Assembly (NCBI GenBank): GCA_036336835.1
Contig: JAYZFK010000062.1
Location: 96,001 to 160,000, forward strand
Reading direction: 5' to 3'
DNA from: Myxococcota bacterium
Lineage (GTDB): Bacteria > Myxococcota_A > UBA9160 > UBA4427
DNA length: 64,000 nucleotides
Part shown: piece by piece, positions 59,697 through 64,000 of the stretch
Position numbering within the stretch: position 1 is the stretch's first letter
How the letters are laid out: each line of letters starts with the position of its first letter
Program-made: the position numbers and the translations under genes
Notes under the pieces: generated by a model
What the model saw: the letters and a program-made list of their open reading frames with translations, nothing else
What the model was told of the DNA's origin: nothing
Database searches by the model: none

Positions 59697-60470
59697 TCAG
59701 GCTCTCATGATGCCGCCGCCATCGACCATCAGGGTCTGGCCCGTGATGTACCGGCTGGCGTCCGAGATCAGGAACGCGACGGCGGGGGCGATATCGGCTT
59801 CCGGGTCTCCATCGCGGCCGAGGGGATGATCGTCGTACATCGCAGCAAAGGCTGCCGCGCGAGAGCCGCCGTCGTCCGGCCGCATGCGGTGGGCCACCGA
59901 TGCGGGGCAGACGCAGTTGACGGTGATGCCGTCGCGACCCCATTCGCGCGCAGCCGTTCGTGTCAGCGAACGGACGGCCTCCTTGGCCGCAGCATAGGGG
60001 CCGTAGCCGGGCGGACCGGTGTTTCCCATCGCAGAGCCGAGGGTGACGATGCGGCCGCGACCGCGCGCCTTCATGTGTGGGAGCACCGCCTGCATCAGCC
60101 ACAAGGTGCCCTTCGGCCCGGTCTCGAGCACCAGGTCGAAGTCCGCCTCCGAGACATCCGCCAGCGGGGTCACCGGCCGGAAGGACTGCGCGTTCGCGAC
60201 GAGCGCGTCGATCTTTCCGAACTGCTCGCCGGCTCGTTCCACGACCGCCCGGCTCGAGTCCGCGTCGGCGTGGTCCGCCTGCAGGGTCAGATGCGCCACG
60301 CCCTGCTCGGTGAGCTCGCTCGCCAGCCTCTCGAGCCGCTCGGGCTTGCGGCCGGTGACCACGAGCTGTGCCCCCGCTCGCGCCAGGTAGCGGACGATGC
60401 CGAGGCCGATCCCGCGCGTGCCGCCGGTCACGATCACGCTGTGACCGGAGAGATCCGTCGCATCCGTCAT
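59697..60470 (-). CDS. SDR family oxidoreductase
   Basis: TGGTRGIG and YAAAK motifs. Confidence 0.92.
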   Translation of the reverse strand: MTDATDLSGHSVIVTGGTRGIGLGIVRYLARAGAQLVVTGRKPERLERLASELTEQGVAHLTLQADHADADSSRAVVERAGEQFGKIDALVANAQSFRPVTPLADVSEADFDLVLETGPKGTLWLMQAVLPHMKARGRGRIVTLGSAMGNTGPPGYGPYAAAKEAVRSLTRTAAREWGRDGITVNCVCPASVAHRMRPDDGGSRAAAFAAMYDDHPLGRDGDPEADIAPAVAFLISDASRYITGQTLMVDGGGIMRA

Positions 60471-60626
60471 GGGCGCAGTCTAACCGTTCGAGAAAAAACC
60501 TGGAAAACCATGGGGTTATGTACAGACCAGAATCTCAAGAATCTCCTCTTGGGAGAACCACATTACCATTGTAATTGTTATACCGTCGAGTCGGGAGATG
60601 GGAGAGAACCAATAACGAGGAGACCC

Positions 60627-62561
60627 ATGTCGATTTCACGCCGTGACCTGATGAAGGCTGGGGCCACGACGGTTGCCGCGAGCGCCGCGGGCCTGCCGGC
60701 CCTGACTCGCATGGCACACGCCAAGGGCAGGCGGGACAAGCGCAGGCAGGACAAGGGACAGCCGACAGAGTCGTCCTCGCTCTACGACCCGTCGAAGAGC
60801 GCCTTCACCCGCGAGCTGCCGATCCCGGCCGTCTTGCGCGACAAGTCCGGCGGCCTGAGCCCCGGCCCGGGCAAGGTCTTCCACGGCATCGCACCCGAGT
60901 TCTCGCGGACGCACCCCGATTACGAGACCGCCTGGAACATGGCCGCGCTACGCGTGTACGAGATGGTCGTCGAGCAGAACTACAGCCGGATCATCCCGGG
61001 CGTCGATACGCCGGTCTTCACCTACCGCGATGCCAACGACGCCCCGGGCACGGGCGGCGCGCCCGGACCGACGATCTTCGCGAACTTCAACGAGCCCGCG
61101 GTCGTCCGCTTCACCAACCGGCTCGAGGCCAAGTACACCTACGTCGAACACGACATCGAGCTCTCGACCCACCTGCACGGCGGGCACAGCCCCGCGCACT
61201 CCGACGGCTCGCCGGCCTTCTACATTCTACCCGGTCGCAGCCGCGACTACTTCTACCCGAACGCATCGCCGCGCCGCCTGATCGACGGCAAGTTGCGTTT
61301 CGACCCGGGCACGATCGCGTCGACCATGTGGTACCACGATCACGCCATGGACATCACGGGCTTCACCGTATGTCATGGCCTCGCGGGCTTCTACCTCATG
61401 CTCGATGAGCTCGAGGCGGGCTTGATGGACGGACCCTACCCACTGTTGCCCGATCTACGTTGCGCGCTCGACCAACCCGACGAGTGCTTCGACGTGCCGA
61501 TCGTGCTGTCCGACCAGAAATTCAACGCGGACGGTACCCTTGCCTACGACCTCCTCGATCACAACGGTCGGATCGGCGACGTGTTCGTCGTCAACGGTGT
61601 GGCACAGCCCTTCTTCCGGGTACAGCGGCGGAAGTACCGCTTCCGGATCCTCAACGGTTCGAACGCGCGCTACTACACGCTCCGGCTCGGCAGCGGAAGC
61701 TCGTTCCTGCGGATTGGCACCGACAGCTGGCTGTTGCCCGAGGCATTCGCAATGCGAGAGATATCGGTCTGCCCGGGTCAGCGCGCCGATGTGATCGTCG
61801 ACTTTCGCGACGCGCCGGACGAGGTGTTCCTCGAGAACATCATGCAGCAGACGGACGGTCGAAAGCCCGACGGGATCGACCGAGACAAGGCGACCCCCCT
61901 GCTCAAGTTCGTCGTCGAAGGCCCCAACGTCGCCGGTGACGTCGGGATCGCCCAGGGAACGCAGCTTCGCCCGTTCGACCCGATCCGCGAGGAGGACATC
62001 GTTGGCACCCGCGTATTCGAATTCAAACGCCGACGCGGCGCCTGGGTGGTGAACCACGAGTTCTTCAACCCGCTGCGCGCGGACGCCGAGCCGACAATCG
62101 ATCCCACCGGATGTGCGGCCGAGCGCTGGATCCTGAAGAACGGCGGCGGCGGCTGGTTCCATCCGATCCACATACACCTCGAGCACCATGAGGTGCAGCG
62201 GATCGACGGGAAGCGTCCGAACCGCGAACGCAGCACGCGAGTGGATCTTACGAACCTCGAGGGAGGTCAGGAAGCCGAGGTCTTCCTGCGCTTCCGCACA
62301 TTCACGGGTCCCTTCGTCTTCCACTGCCACATCATCGAGCACGAGGACCTGCGCATGATGGCCCAGTTCGACCCGTGCCATCCCGGTTATGACAGCCCGC
62401 TCGACGGGGTCAGCGAGATCGATCCCGCGGTCTGCGGAGTCCCGATCGCGTGCGACGACCTCGAGCCGACACTGTTCTTCGACACCGCCGGCGACGTCGC
62501 GAAACTCGACGGACACGGCGTTGGTATCCACTGCGAGTACGAGCCGCTGGAGGAGGATTGA
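60627..62561 (+). CDS. Tat-exported multicopper oxidase (CotA/bilirubin oxidase-like)
   Basis: SRRDLMK; HLH, WYHDH, HPIHIH and HCHIIEHEDLRMM copper motifs. Confidence 0.94.
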   Translation: MSISRRDLMKAGATTVAASAAGLPALTRMAHAKGRRDKRRQDKGQPTESSSLYDPSKSAFTRELPIPAVLRDKSGGLSPGPGKVFHGIAPEFSRTHPDYETAWNMAALRVYEMVVEQNYSRIIPGVDTPVFTYRDANDAPGTGGAPGPTIFANFNEPAVVRFTNRLEAKYTYVEHDIELSTHLHGGHSPAHSDGSPAFYILPGRSRDYFYPNASPRRLIDGKLRFDPGTIASTMWYHDHAMDITGFTVCHGLAGFYLMLDELEAGLMDGPYPLLPDLRCALDQPDECFDVPIVLSDQKFNADGTLAYDLLDHNGRIGDVFVVNGVAQPFFRVQRRKYRFRILNGSNARYYTLRLGSGSSFLRIGTDSWLLPEAFAMREISVCPGQRADVIVDFRDAPDEVFLENIMQQTDGRKPDGIDRDKATPLLKFVVEGPNVAGDVGIAQGTQLRPFDPIREEDIVGTRVFEFKRRRGAWVVNHEFFNPLRADAEPTIDPTGCAAERWILKNGGGGWFHPIHIHLEHHEVQRIDGKRPNRERSTRVDLTNLEGGQEAEVFLRFRTFTGPFVFHCHIIEHEDLRMMAQFDPCHPGYDSPLDGVSEIDPAVCGVPIACDDLEPTLFFDTAGDVAKLDGHGVGIHCEYEPLEED

Positions 62562-62563
62562 TC

Positions 62564-63142
62564 ATGACGACTCCTGGCAACCAGGCCTTGGCGTCACCGC
62601 TGGCCGCTGCGGGGCGCCGGCGACGACGCTCTGACGACTTCGCCAACGTCAAGCTCACCACGCACGAGGGCAGACGCGTACGCTTCGTCGACGACCTGGT
62701 GCGAGGCGAGCCCGCGCCCACGGTGATCGTCCAGTTCATGTACACGCACTGCGAGGGCATCTGCTACCCGACCAGCCAGAACCTGGCTCGCGTGCACGGC
62801 TACCTGCGCTCGCGCATGGGCAAGCAGGTGCAGATGTACTCGATCACGCTCGACCCGGCGCACGACACGCCGGCCGCGCTCGCCAAGTACCGGGCGCGCT
62901 TCGGAGACCGACAGGGCTGGACGTTCCTGACCGGACGCTACGACGACATCGAGCAGCTGCGCCGTTCACTGGGCGTCTACGACCTCGACCCTGCGATCGA
63001 CGCGGATCTCACCCAGCACGCTGGGATCCTCACCTTCGGCAACGACGACGTCGATCGCTGGACCGCGCTGCCCGGCGAGATGAGGGCGCGCGACATCGCG
63101 CACGCGGTATTGTTCAGCACCCGGTCGGCGCGCCGGCGCTAG
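62564..63142 (+). CDS. SCO family copper chaperone
   Basis: YTHCEGIC (CxxxC), ITLDPAHDT and distal His (QHAG). Confidence 0.9.
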   Translation: MTTPGNQALASPLAAAGRRRRRSDDFANVKLTTHEGRRVRFVDDLVRGEPAPTVIVQFMYTHCEGICYPTSQNLARVHGYLRSRMGKQVQMYSITLDPAHDTPAALAKYRARFGDRQGWTFLTGRYDDIEQLRRSLGVYDLDPAIDADLTQHAGILTFGNDDVDRWTALPGEMRARDIAHAVLFSTRSARRR

Positions 63143-63148
63143 TCGGCA

Positions 63149-64000
63149 TCAGCCGAGCTCGATCACCGTGCGGGCGAGCTCGCCCGAACTCAGCGCGTCG
63201 AAGGCCTCGCCCACTCGGTCGAGCGGCAGCCGCTGGCTCACGAGCTTCTCCAGGTCGATCGCCCCTCGCTCGAACAGCGACATGATGCGCGGGATGTCAC
63301 GCGCCGGGACGTTGCCGCCGCCGGTGCAGCCGAGCAGCTTGCGGTCGGCAAACAGGGTGCGGCTGTCGATCGAGACGCGTGCTCCGGGCGGCGGCGCACC
63401 CACCATCACCGTGGTACCGCCCCGGCGCGTCGCCTCGAACGCCTGGTCGACGACGTCGGTCAGTCCAATCACCTCGAACGCATAGTCGACGCCCTTCGGG
63501 ACCAGCTTCCGGATCTCGCTGGACAGCACGGTACCCTCGCCGACCTCGACCCAGTCGGTCGCACCCAGATCCGACGCGAGATCGAGCTTCGAGCGCTGCG
63601 TATCGCAGGCGATGATGCGCGCCGCGCCTGCAACGCGGGCTCCCTGGATCACGTTGAGCCCCACCCCCCCGCAGCCGATTACCGCGACGCTGGACCCCGG
63701 CGCAACGCGCGCGATGTTGAGCGCGGCGCCGATCCCGGTGGTGACGCCGCAGCCGGCCAGGCAGGCGAGATCGAGCGGGATGTCGCGATCGATCTTGACC
63801 AGCTGCGCCTCGCGTACCACCGACTGCTCGGCCAGCGAGCCCGAGCCGACCATGGGCGCTACCGGCTGTCCCCGCAGTGACAGTCGCGTGGTCCCATCCG
63901 GCATGCGCCCATACATGTTGTGGGTCCGGGTCTCGCTCCAGCAGGCGACGACGTCGCCGGCGCGGCAGTCCTCGCAGGTCCCGCAGGGACCGTAGAGCGC
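63149..64000 (-). CDS. Zn-dependent alcohol dehydrogenase (N-terminus beyond window)
   Basis: CGTCEDC...C structural Zn site, GCGVTTG and GCGGVG motifs; open frame to the right edge. Confidence 0.92.
   Translation of the reverse strand, partial: ALYGPCGTCEDCRAGDVVACWSETRTHNMYGRMPDGTTRLSLRGQPVAPMVGSGSLAEQSVVREAQLVKIDRDIPLDLACLAGCGVTTGIGAALNIARVAPGSSVAVIGCGGVGLNVIQGARVAGAARIIACDTQRSKLDLASDLGATDWVEVGEGTVLSSEIRKLVPKGVDYAFEVIGLTDVVDQAFEATRRGGTTVMVGAPPPGARVSIDSRTLFADRKLLGCTGGGNVPARDIPRIMSLFERGAIDLEKLVSQRLPLDRVGEAFDALSSGELARTVIELG

Noticed and set aside
59451..60626. 1036-aa ORF as an N-terminally extended oxidase
   Set aside because: The upstream part is the antisense shadow of the SDR/DUF1214 genes. 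The real start is 60627 (RBS GAGGAG and Tat motif).

Overview
High-GC bacterial chromosome segment. Gene content (PilZ protein, type IV pilin, Pal, LpxL, cofGH, DUF1214/sulfotransferase) suggests an uncultured Myxococcota/deltaproteobacterium; this is inference. It holds about 58 CDS, and I see no rRNA, tRNA, CRISPR array or mobile element. Main blocks: (1) TPP riboswitch + thiC; (2) a candidate sigma54-driven, rod-shaped sRNA with its own terminator (4528-4721, minus); (3) an orphan DnaA paralogue lacking the arginine finger, next to a Wss1-like protease and a stand-alone Lon N-domain; (4) cofG-cofH divergent from a sulfur-assimilation operon (sulfite reductase-HEPN fusion, rhodanese, DUF4202, Prx, cysK); (5) a 13-kb dedicated type II fatty-acid/lipid cluster with a 1869-aa single-chain acyl-CoA carboxylase, atypical ACP, PPTase, two acyltransferases and an amber-interrupted fabZ; (6) DinG-exonuclease, thiI, sppA and a Cys-less thiolase-OB fusion; (7) DUF6502-DUF5666 with a palindromic operator candidate; (8) an rplC-rlmE unit detached from the S10 operon; (9) glycosyltransferase/sulfotransferase genes; (10) a Tat multicopper oxidase-SCO pair. 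All calls come from reading motifs by eye; no searches were run.
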